A stretch of 63,985 nucleotides of DNA, the filler included, from Barthelona sp. PAP020 (lineage: Eukaryota), in assembly GCA_040182905.1 (NCBI GenBank). It is 16 parts of 16 records of this genome, joined end to end, with 100 filler letters (N's around TTAATTAATTAA, not from the genome) between each part and the next. Parts side by side here need not be neighbours in the genome. Positions count along the whole stretch, not along the records: positions 45,074 to 49,077 come from JARQWU010000708.1; positions 49,178 to 53,205 come from JARQWU010000709.1; positions 53,306 to 57,216 come from JARQWU010000710.1; 13 more parts are not named here. One strand, 5' to 3'. Shown here in pieces: positions 45,112-54,559 of this stretch (within the stretch, counting starts at the first letter, position 1; the number at the start of each line of letters is the position of its first letter). A program made the position numbers and the translations under genes. The notes under the pieces were generated by a model. It searched no databases. It saw only the letters and a program-made list of their open reading frames with translations, and was not told the origin of the DNA.

Positions 45112-46059
45112 ATGCATAAAAAACACAGATTAGATAAGTTTCTTGCAGAATATCCTTTGTACAAAAAATTTCAAGCCGTTGAAAATTTCTCAAGAACAGA
45201 AGAAGACTATTCTGATCCTTTCTATTTACATGGAGAAACATTCGAATACTTTTGTGAGAAGGAGGAAGAATTAAAAACATTTGAACTCGAACTTCCGCCT
45301 GAATCCGTGAATTTTTGGGGTAACATGGTCGGCAATAGAGTTCCTAAGGAGGTTTTAACAGAAAATGATTTTTTAGAATTCACTCACCATTTTATTGGGA
45401 AATGCAAATCTTGTAAAACGTATAAGATTGATTTGCTAATTCATGTATGGAGTGATAACCCAATTCCAATTGACGAAGATAATACCATACGTATGGATGA
45501 AAAGACTGGAGAATATCGACCAATTGATGAATTCAACCCTAACAGGGCTAATATTTTCATGGAAAAGGTTGGTGTTAAACCAGAACAGAAAATAATTATT
45601 GATAATAACATTAAAAAGTATTTTGACAGGGAATCAGGCAATTGGTATTTTAAAGCAATAAAATCTCTTACAGAAAATTTGGGAATTGCATCGTTTGCAT
45701 ACTTTAGAAGAATTATTGAAAAAGAGTTAATTAAAATTGTTTCCGATATTTCTCAATTAAATACAGCTGAGCCAAAAATTGAGAAACTAATAACTGAGTA
45801 CAAAGACACAAACCAAGTCTATAGTATTTATGAGAATATATTCCCACTACTTCCAAAATCCATGCAAGCATTGGGTGATAATCCAATTAAAATACTTTAC
45901 AAACAAACTTCAGAAGGGCTTCACTCTTTAAGTGAGAAAGATTGTCTGGAAAGAGCTGAAAATATTAATTTGATTTTAAAATTTGTGATAAAGTCGCTCC
46001 AAGAAGAGAAATCTGAAATACAAAAAATAAGAGATGCAATAAAGCAGCTAAAAAACTAA
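45112..46059 (+). CDS. Bacterial hypothetical protein with DUF4145/HEPN-like C-terminal domain
   Basis: CKSC motif, WYFKAIKSL...IASFAYFRRIIE and LYKQTSEGLH resemble the DUF4145/HEPN helices. Confidence 0.7.
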   Translation: MHKKHRLDKFLAEYPLYKKFQAVENFSRTEEDYSDPFYLHGETFEYFCEKEEELKTFELELPPESVNFWGNMVGNRVPKEVLTENDFLEFTHHFIGKCKSCKTYKIDLLIHVWSDNPIPIDEDNTIRMDEKTGEYRPIDEFNPNRANIFMEKVGVKPEQKIIIDNNIKKYFDRESGNWYFKAIKSLTENLGIASFAYFRRIIEKELIKIVSDISQLNTAEPKIEKLITEYKDTNQVYSIYENIFPLLPKSMQALGDNPIKILYKQTSEGLHSLSEKDCLERAENINLILKFVIKSLQEEKSEIQKIRDAIKQLKN

Positions 46060-46071
46060 TAGACCTAATTT

Positions 46072-46503
46072 ATGACAACAAACAACAGCTTTATCCGCTG
46101 GCAAAGCAATACAATAAAACAATTAGGATTTACGACGAATTTAATATTCAGTATTAATCTGGTTATTCTAGGTTTTCTATCGAAATTAATTATTGATGAT
46201 AATTTCGTTCTTTGTAAGGGTAAAGCATTCTTTACCATTGGTTACATTGTTTTATCCCTTTGCTTTATTTCTGGTATTCTAATTAACATCTCTAGACTTT
46301 GTGACTTTAGACTTACAGCACAAATTGCACGAGTTCAGGAAAAAGATTCAAGCAATGATAAACTTCCTGAATTAAGAAATAAAGCAAATAAACTAGGTAA
46401 ATTAACCTGGATATTTTGGTGGATTCAAATTTCCTTGTTTGCAGTTGGATTAACTACTGTATTAGCTAGCTTTTTTATAATCTACCATGACAAATTATTT
46501 TAA
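46072..46503 (+). CDS. Bacterial 3-TM small membrane protein
   Basis: 143 aa with three hydrophobic helices, starting 12 bp after the previous ORF. Confidence 0.8.
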   Translation: MTTNNSFIRWQSNTIKQLGFTTNLIFSINLVILGFLSKLIIDDNFVLCKGKAFFTIGYIVLSLCFISGILINISRLCDFRLTAQIARVQEKDSSNDKLPELRNKANKLGKLTWIFWWIQISLFAVGLTTVLASFFIIYHDKLF

Positions 46504-46512
46504 AAATACGGC

Positions 46513-46575
46513 ACATAACAATTAGCCTCTAATGAAGCGTTGCTTGCATACGCTTCATTAGAGGCAGTGTTGAAC
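46513..46575 (+). other. attC-like recombination site (63 bp)
   Basis: ACATAAC...GCCTCTAATGAAGCGT-(9 nt)-ACGCTTCATTAGAGGC...GTTGAAC: perfect 16-bp stem, ending in an exact GTTRRRY. Confidence 0.75.
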
Positions 46576-47013
46576 GAAACATTGCCAAGCTTAAGACCAC
46601 CTCCCAGTCAAACGATTATGCATAGTGTTTTTAATCGTGTTTTTTGGTTTGCTTAAAACCTGTTTTTCTTCGGGTATTGGTTCCACCGTAATCATTCGGG
46701 CAAGTCCGTGTTGTTTCTTACAGGCAGAGCTGTTTTCGTTCAGAGTTTCACTAGACTGTGGGGAGAGCTATGAGAGATTAAGGAGAGATTTTAGCTTGAT
46801 GGATTGAAGTTGTGCGGCTGTATGGGATGAGAATCCGCCGGAATTCGAGAGAGTCCGTCTCCGCGATAGCGTCTAGTACATAAAAATGAGAAAATAGGAT
46901 GCAGGTGTGGTTTTGGGATATATATAAAAAGTTATGCCTTATTAAAAAACCGCCCAGAATGGCATGCAAATGTGATTTTTTCACTATATTTACATAAAAA
47001 ATAACATAAAACT

Positions 47014-48387
47014 ATGCTAATCAGATTCACAGTTGAGAATTTTTCGTCATTTAAAGAACGACAATCATTCTCTTTAATACCAGGAAGAGGCACATTGAAG
47101 GCAGAACATAAATCTAAACCAATTAATGGAATATCTGGTTTAAAAACCTCTGTTATTTTTGGAGCGAATGCATCTGGAAAATCAAATTTGATTAAAGCTA
47201 TGCATTTTGGAAAGTTGATGCTTATTGAAGGAAATTTATCAGGGAAACGTATAAATTATCAAAAATTTCGTTTAGATAATGAATTTCAAAATCGAGATAC
47301 TCGTTTAGAATATGAATTTCAGCATCGAGGTAAAAACTATGCATATGGCTTTGTTTTTAATAATGACATCATAAAAGAAGAATGGTTATTTGAAATAACC
47401 AAGAAAAAAGACATTAAGATATTTGAAAGAGATATCAGCAAGGAATCAATATTTGATTTAGAGTATCTGTTTGATTTAAATAAAAATAACGAAGAAAAAC
47501 AGTTTCTAAATTTCACAGCAAAAGGGACACCAAACAATCAATTATTCTTAAGTGAGATAAAAAATAGAAAAGTAAAAGAGAATGTCTCAAACATTGAAGA
47601 TTTATTAAATACTATTGATTGGTTCCAAAACTCTTTAAAAATTATTTTTCCTGATGATAAATATAAAGAGGGGCTTAAATTTGAATTAAGTGAAGACGAA
47701 AGACTTTTAAATGTTTATGAAGAATTGCTTAAATATTTCGATACAGGCATTGAAGGAGTTTGCCTTGAACCAATCGACTATGAAAGTGTTGAAATCCCCA
47801 AATTTATACTTGAAAAAATAAAAGAAGATATATTAAATCACAAAAGCGAGAATTTAAGAGCATCTATACTGTCAAATAGAAATACAACATATTTTATATC
47901 TGCTAAAAATAATGAGATTACCTATCATAAATTCATGACAAAACATAAAGTATCAGATATAAATACCCCTGAAAAATTTGACACAAGTGATGAGTCTGAT
48001 GGCACTAATCGTATTATAGACTTTATTCCAATATTAATGGATTTATTAAAAGGTGGAAATGTTTTCATTATAGATGAAATGGAAAGAAGCCTACATCCAA
48101 ACCTTATCTACGATTTATTGGATTTATTTTTAGAAAAAAGCGAGAATATTAATAGTCAGTTAATATTAGCAAGCCATGAATCATCTTTACTAACACAAAA
48201 ATTACTGAGAAAAGATGAAGTATGGTTTACTGTAAAAAATAATGAAGGAGCATCAAAAATACATTCATTAGAACAGTATAACATTCGATTTGATAAGCAA
48301 ATTAGAAAAGATTATCTATTAGGGCGTTTTAAAGCTATTCCTAAAATTGGAAACAGAAATAAATTAACGGTTTTACCTAAAGAATAA
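47014..48387 (+). CDS. rloA: RloA/AbiLi-like ABC ATPase (AAA_21)
   Basis: MLIRFTVENFSSF, Walker A GANASGKSN, signature ESDGT, Walker B IIDEME, SLHP, H-loop ASHE, and YLLGRFKAIP. Confidence 0.9.
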   Translation: MLIRFTVENFSSFKERQSFSLIPGRGTLKAEHKSKPINGISGLKTSVIFGANASGKSNLIKAMHFGKLMLIEGNLSGKRINYQKFRLDNEFQNRDTRLEYEFQHRGKNYAYGFVFNNDIIKEEWLFEITKKKDIKIFERDISKESIFDLEYLFDLNKNNEEKQFLNFTAKGTPNNQLFLSEIKNRKVKENVSNIEDLLNTIDWFQNSLKIIFPDDKYKEGLKFELSEDERLLNVYEELLKYFDTGIEGVCLEPIDYESVEIPKFILEKIKEDILNHKSENLRASILSNRNTTYFISAKNNEITYHKFMTKHKVSDINTPEKFDTSDESDGTNRIIDFIPILMDLLKGGNVFIIDEMERSLHPNLIYDLLDLFLEKSENINSQLILASHESSLLTQKLLRKDEVWFTVKNNEGASKIHSLEQYNIRFDKQIRKDYLLGRFKAIPKIGNRNKLTVLPKE

Positions 48388-48391
48388 AAAT

Positions 48392-49045
48392 ATGCCACGA
48401 GAAAGACAAGAAATATTCAGGGAAAGTAAAACTGAAGAAAAAGAAAAGATTATAGTACTTGCTTTTGAAGGTAATATAACGGAACAAATATATTTTGAAG
48501 ACTTTATGTCTGATGAACAATTTAATGATGAACTAATATATTTGCATTTATTAAAAAGACCAAAGGATGATACAAACAGCGCCCCTAATCATGTTTTCAG
48601 AAAATTAAAACGAGAAGCTCGGGATGAATATAATTTTGCACCCAATGATGAATTATGGATGATTATTGACACAGACAGGTGGAAAAATATTCATGAAATA
48701 ATCCAAGAATGCAAAAAACAAAAAAATATGTTTGTTGCTGTTAGTAATCCATGTTTCGAATTTTGGATTCTTTTACATATAAAAGATGTTGATTCATTAA
48801 CAGAGCAAGAAATAATTGACATGCTAAACAATGCCAAAATTTCAAACCACAAACGTTATATTGATGATTATATTGGGAATTTATTGCCAGATGGTTATAA
48901 TAAAACAAACCCCAAGCCTGATAGATTTTTCCCTCATATTGACTTTGCAATTTCGCAGGCAGAAAAGTTAGACATAGAACAAAAAGATTATCCCACAAGT
49001 ATTGGGTCACACGTATATAAAGTGATGAGAAAAATAAAAAAATAA
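48392..49045 (+). CDS. rloB: RloB/AbiLii-like TOPRIM-family protein
   Basis: EG..TE..YF, WMIIDTD and SNPCFEFWILLH; starts 4 bp after rloA. Confidence 0.9.
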   Translation: MPRERQEIFRESKTEEKEKIIVLAFEGNITEQIYFEDFMSDEQFNDELIYLHLLKRPKDDTNSAPNHVFRKLKREARDEYNFAPNDELWMIIDTDRWKNIHEIIQECKKQKNMFVAVSNPCFEFWILLHIKDVDSLTEQEIIDMLNNAKISNHKRYIDDYIGNLLPDGYNKTNPKPDRFFPHIDFAISQAEKLDIEQKDYPTSIGSHVYKVMRKIKK

Positions 49046-49054
49046 CAAGGCCTA

Positions 49055-49077
49055 GTCGAGTAAGCCAGGAGAATTTC
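49055..49077 (-). mobile_element. Probable 3' terminus (domain VI) of a group II intron, truncated by the contig end
   Basis: Minus strand reads GAAATTCTCCTGGCTTACTCGAC, matching the GAAATTC...CYTACTCGAC ending of bacterial group II introns. Only 23 nt are visible. Confidence 0.55.
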
Positions 49078-49177
49078 NNNNNNNNNNNNNNNNNNNNNNN
49101 NNNNNNNNNNNNNNNNNNNNNTTAATTAATTAANNNNNNNNNNNNNNNNNNNNNNNNNNNNNNNNNNNNNNNNNNNN

Positions 49178-49540
49178 TCCAAAAATAATTGAAAGATATA
49201 TTAAAGGTTTGGCAATAAATCTGATCAATAAAATATAAACTAAACAAAGAACAAATACACAACCAATGGCTCCCCATATGTATGTTTTGTATTCCCCAAG
49301 TTTTGCAACAGCAAAAGAGGAAACACTGTCAGATAATGGTTCAACAGTGGAAATGTATTGAATTCCCCACCAAACAAAACAAACAACAGCAGCTATAAAT
49401 ATAATAAAGAAAAAAATATCATGAACAGAACGTTCTTCAACAACTCCAATAAAATCATCATTAGATGATTGTTGAACAACAGGTTCTTCTTCTTTTGCAA
49501 CAGACACTAATTCAGGATCAGGATCAGAATTATACAGCAT
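49178..49540 (-). CDS. Choline transporter-like (CTL/SLC44) N-terminus (partial)
   Basis: ERSVHDIFFFIIF, then TM helices and LLIRFIAKPLIY. Confidence 0.75.
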
Positions 49541-50547
49541 TTAATAACAAAAAAAAAAAGTAGTAGAAAAAAAACGAAAACAAAGCTCTTGGAAAACCTT
49601 TTTTATTCTTTTTCCTGTTCTTTATGCAATCTCTGTGCTTGACTGATTTTTCAAAAGTCTTTGAAACAAGATGAAACAAGTAAAATATCTTCGCTTTAAG
49701 TAATTTTTGAAAAGGATATACTGAATTTATAAAAAAAAATTTATGATTGAATTAAAAAAATCTTTAAGAATCCTGCAACTAAGATGTTAGAATAATTTCA
49801 AATGAAAATGAAATAAAAATTGTGCGAACAATCAAAAAAGCACTGATAATATGAAATTATAGCACACATTGGAATCCACAAATATTTAGGAAATTCACAA
49901 CTGATTGTTAAATAAATTTTCCCCTGTGATATGTTTGCAATTGCTGTGGGTTAAATTTGGCGAGCAACCACCGACCGTTAATCAGGGGTATGTATTAAAA
50001 AAGTTCAATCAAAATTACCTTTTCAGAATTAAAAAAAAAAAGATTCATTAAAGTGAAGGTTTGAAAAAAAAAGTTTGAAATTTTATCCTTTTTTCAAACT
50101 TCGTTAAATACATAAAAATTGCAAATATGAATTGATTAAAAGCTTTTTTTAAATGAGAAAGCCCAAAATCATGATGTCAGCGCTTTTTTCATTTTCCATC
50201 AAATATGTGAGCAAAAGTGTTTTTCAATCAAGCTTGTTGTTTCTTTTTGAAAGCATTTTTATGGGAAATCTTTGTTCATTTAAATACTCATTTCAGGACA
50301 AAGAAATCTGCTCCAAAGAAATGAAACATATAAAATTGACAAAGACTTCTTCACCATATGAAAAGCACTAATTTGATTGTTACTGAGGAAATTCTCGCTT
50401 TTCTCTATTTTTTTATGAATATTCTCTTTGAGGATGATTTGAGAACCCATTTTTCAAAGAGAATCTAAAACAAAAGAAGAATTTTATAAAATTGTGTGAT
50501 GTTGATGAAACATTAGAGATACAAGATGAAAGAAGGATTTTCAGTAG

Positions 50548-50757
50548 AGTTCTAAGCAAATCGAATTGATTTCACGTAAAAGACAATATAAATGTGTTTA
50601 AGGTTTCTTCTTGCAGTTTCTGATATTAATGGGTATCAAAATTGAAAAGCTAAAGCGATAACACGAAATCGTAAAGGATACAAATAAATAAATTAAGTCA
50701 ACAGGGAATATCAAACTCCCAGAAAGAGAACAGAAGTGGATACATTTAAAGTGAATT
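50548..50757 (+). repeat. Dispersed repeat D, copy 3, downstream of tRNA-Ala
   Basis: Homologous to 19893-20122 and 20476-20573. Confidence 0.88.
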
Positions 50758-51118
50758 AAGGGGCTAAAGGGAAGTATTACACTTTTCTCTAAATACCAGC
50801 CCACATAAACTAGAAGCATTTCTTTTTNNNNNNNNNNNNNNNNNNNNNNNNNNNNNNNNNNNNNNNNNNNNNNNNNNNNNNNNNNNNNNNNNNNNNNNNN
50901 NNNNNNNNNNNNNNNNNNNNNNNNNNNNNNNNNNNNNNNNNNNNNNNNNNNNNNNNNNNNNNNNNNNNNNNNNNNNNNNNNNNNNNNNNNNNNNNNNNNN
51001 NNNNNNNNNNNNNNNNNNNNNNNNNNNNNNNNNNNNNNNNNNNNNNNNNNNNNNNNNNNNNNNNNNNNNNNNNNNNNNNNNGACTCGATCCTGCAGCCTT
51101 AGTCTTGTGTTTAAAAAA

Positions 51119-51191
51119 TGGACTATCAGGGCGTCGATCCCCGTGCCTCCCGCATGCTAAGCGGGTGCTCTACCAGGTGAGCTAATAGCCC
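51119..51191 (-). tRNA. tRNA-Ala(AGC)
   Basis: GGGCTATTAGCTCACCTGGTAGAGCACCCGCTTAGCATGCGGGAGGCACGGGGATCGACGCCCTGATAGTCCA, with G3:U70 pair, eukaryotic A54 T-loop and T6 terminator. Confidence 0.95.
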
Positions 51192-51360
51192 GTGAAAAAG
51201 AAAGCAATTTTAACAGCTTTAATGTGGATATGTGGATATAAGATTGAAGTAAAAAAAAAATTGTTGAACTGTTTTGGAAATTGATTAAAAATTTTTATTT
51301 AAAGGAACACATGATTTAAATTGATTTAAATGTTTTCTAAAAAATTATGATTATGTTTTG

Positions 51361-51474
51361 TTATTAGATATTTATGAGGTATGAGTTGTTCAGTAAACAA
51401 CGAAACGAGTTAGATTAAGGTTTGGAAAAAACTCACGTGGATTCAGATGCTCAAATAACTTAAAAAAATTGGAC
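51361..51474 (-). repeat. Dispersed repeat A, copy 3, 170 bp upstream of tRNA-Ala
   Basis: More diverged reverse-complement copy of 8347-8462. Confidence 0.9.
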
Positions 51475-51759
51475 TTAATTGGTTCAGTTGTGAAACAACT
51501 ATATTTATTTACAAAGAAAGTAAACTCAGAAAACTCATTCTAGCAAATTTCAGTCAAAATCCCAGGAGGGGAATTGAGGGACTGAAATGTAATTGGAACG
51601 ATCAAGTATGAAAATTTCGGAGAAATTCTTCATTCCCATTCTTTTGTATTTTTGCAAAAGCAAAATTTTAAAGTTTGAACTTTACTTTAGAAAATCTAAA
51701 GTTTTTCAACAGATTAATCGGGCCTCGAAAGCCTTTAACCAAATAAACACTATTCTTTC

Positions 51760-51800
51760 TTATTCACTCATACGCACAGTGCTTCTTGGCTTGGAAATAA
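51760..51800 (-). repeat. Dispersed repeat B, copy 2, upstream of tRNA-Ala
   Basis: 39/41 identical to 15958-15998, in the same orientation relative to its tRNA. Confidence 0.85.
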
Positions 51801-52501
51801 TCGGAGCGTTAAGCTCTTTTGAGCAATTGTAATGCAATATTTCACACTATGCCCAGGGCCTAGCTCTCCTTCAAAAGCCTATGAAAGAGTAGGTCTCAAA
51901 AAAGAGAGGTTCCTGTCAGGAACTTTGGAACCCCCCCGAAAAGAATAAAGATTAAGGTTTATTATTCATTAGTCAACTGAGATTCTCAATGTCTGATTTG
52001 GGAAAGTTCTGGAAAAGGTTCGTAGAAGAAGAAAATAAAATAGTAACTTTCAAAATGAATATTTTAAAAGAAAATTCATAATTTTAAAATTTATTCAATT
52101 ATAGTATAAATATATTTATTCATAAAACAAATAAATAACTGTTGTTATTTTATATATTTAATCAGGAATAATCATGTTAGTTGTTCTTTTATAAAAAACT
52201 CAAAAAAGAGTAAAGTATTTCATGCATTCACAGTAAGACACATTTTTTATAGGAAAAAGCCCTCAAAATATCTTGAGTGGTGTTAATATTTATAAATTTG
52301 ACTGTTTTTGAAATCACACTTTTTGGAAATCAAAAATAAGATTTGTATAAAAACAGTTCTTTCAAGATAAATAACAAATATGAACAGAATACCACACTGG
52401 TTTATTGAATAATACAATAAATTGAATTCCAACAGAAAGCTAAAAAAAAAGTTGAAAAGATTTTTTTCAAAATTTCATCATATCATAATTTTTTTTCACC
52501 C

Positions 52502-53205
52502 ATGTTCACCTTCGAAGAAAACCAAGGGTCACACGAACTTGAACAACGTGCAAAGAAGCGCAAAAAGATGGCTAAAGAACCAGAAGAAGATGCATTTGAC
52601 AGGTTGGATAATTTTTTGAAATCGAATGACATCAATATACCTGGAAGTGAGTTTGAAATAGTTAAAAACAACGTCGCTACAGGAAGTGGTAGCTACCTGC
52701 ATCTTGCAAAAAGACATGGAAAGCCTGTAATAATTAAGTTTTTTACGAGAAAGGTTGAAAAAGATGAACTTGATCGAGAATGCTTTCCTATTGTTCTAAA
52801 TCATCCATTTATTCGACAAGTCTTTGGAGTTACCGAGATTGACGGGAATAAAGGAATTGTTATGGAATATTGTGATGCAGTTCTTGAAGATATGATATCA
52901 GAGTTGTCCTTGAAAGAGAAGTTGATTATTATGATGCAAGTTTCATCTGCGCTTCAGTTTTGTCATGGGAAAGGTGTTATGCATAGGGATTTGAAGCCTA
53001 ACAATGTGTTGTTGAGACGTGGTGTAGATGGGATGTATACTCCTGCAATTGCTGATTTTGGGCTTGTTCGTGATACGAGCAGGAGTTCGGCCAATTCGAT
53101 GATGGGTGCTGCGAGATATGCTGCTCCTGAGTTGGCCAATGAAGAGGAGAACATAATAGGGACGGCTGTTGACGCCTGGTCTTTTGGTGTAATGTTGGCT
53201 CAAGT
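52502..53205 (+). CDS. Protein kinase (TKL-like), partial
   Basis: VIIK, HRDLKPNN, DFG, APE and DAWSFG motifs. Confidence 0.92.
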
Positions 53206-53305
53206 NNNNNNNNNNNNNNNNNNNNNNNNNNNNNNNNNNNNNNNNNNNNTTAATTAATTAANNNNNNNNNNNNNNNNNNNNNNNNNNNNNNNNNNNNNNN
53301 NNNNN

Positions 53306-53645
53306 GAATGAAAGGATGGCTAAGGGCTATTGGTACACACTCTTTGAGTAAATCGTACTGATCTGGCTTCTTATTAAAGAATTTGATAACAACTATCGCT
53401 TCATACCATTCAGCGGTGCTCAAGTATCCAGTCTCCCTTTTTTCAAAATACGTATTGACTATTTTGACATCAGATACATGAACTTCGGTAGGTTTCAAAG
53501 AATCTATGAGCTCTGTGAATGATTCCGGATTTGGTATCTGATTCTTGCTCTTTGGTCGCCAGTTTTCCACAAAAATAATGTTATCTTTTGTTTCCTTTTG
53601 TTGAATTATCTCTTTGATGACTGAAATATCAATTTTAACAACCAT
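53306..53645 (-). CDS. Kinase paralog N-terminus (partial)
   Basis: VVIKFF...KECVPIALSHPFI, shared with the kinases at 52502 and 54560. Confidence 0.7.
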
Positions 53646-54559
53646 TGTTTGTAAAAAAAAGAAATCAAGCTAAAGAAAGAATTCGACTTTACAAACTTTT
53701 CAACTTTTTTCCAAAGCAATAAGTCCGTGTTTTGGAGCAGTCGTTGTCGAAATGAAATGAATTGATTGGTTGAACTAGTTTGGATATATTTATGTGTTCT
53801 TTGTTCCGATTTCCGTTTTGGAATTTATGTGCATAGTCGTACTTTAAATATTAATTCAAACATCATGAAGTTATTGAGAGATGATAATTATATGTTGTAA
53901 TGACGTTTGTCCGAATTTTAGTGTTGAAAGTCATTTTTCTGTGCATTTTCACAAATTGGTTGAGGTAGTCATATGTTTTGTTATCTTAGTAGCAAAGTGA
54001 TTTACAAATTGAACTGAAAACAGTCTTGTATGTCTATGTTTGTCAAATTTTGTACTTGTAGTTTCTTCGTTTTCAATCAACATACTTTTCTTATTTCCTT
54101 TCATGTTGTAATATTTAACGGCTGAGAATATAACAACAAACTAGAATGATGCTCTGCACAATTGTGTTTCTAATTTCCTTCACAATGACAATTGTTGAGC
54201 CTGGAAATGTTCATCCACTTTCAATTGAAATTAAAAAAGCATTAATTTATTCTTGCCATTTTCAGTTCCCATTGATTTATCATATTATTTTACATAACCA
54301 AATAAATTTGGTTTAATTCATGGAACAAAAAGATCAGTAACTTAAATGCAATTCAATTCTGTTAAGAATTTTTAACGATATTAACCCAAGAATTCTTTAT
54401 TGTTTCATTCACTCATAAATACTCGTATGGAAAGATTTATCAATCTGTGTGATGACCTGCATTTTTATTCACCACGCAGGATTTTGTAAATGTGAATAAT
54501 TATTTATTTTATGAGATGTCATATTTGAACAAAATTTGTATTCTTTTCTACACTCATAT

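Larger units (their letters stand above)
45085..46568 (+). mobile_element. Integron-like gene cassette 1 (two ORFs)
   Basis: Starts with core site GTTATGTGCC (45085-45094). Its exact reverse complement GGCACATAAC (46510-46519) follows the last stop codon and opens an attC-like hairpin. Confidence 0.75.
46931..49054 (+). mobile_element. Integron-like gene cassette 2 (rloA-rloB)
   Basis: Core GTTATGCCTT at 46931-46940 and complementary AAGGCCTA directly after the rloB stop (49047-49054). Confidence 0.65.

Noticed and set aside
46525..46565. Rho-independent terminator
   Set aside because: No U-tract follows; the AAC/GTT boundaries fit an attC site better.
46596..46614. ACCACCTCCCAGTCAAAC resembles an antisense 23S rRNA segment
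   Set aside because: Short match with no flanking rRNA similarity.
46576..46930. Retron msr-msd ncRNA
   Set aside because: No reverse transcriptase is adjacent on the contig and no clear a1/a2 repeats are present.
45074..49077. Horizontal transfer of the defence island into the protist genome
   Set aside because: It is a separate contig with purely bacterial organisation and no linkage to eukaryotic genes. Co-assembled bacterial DNA is more likely.
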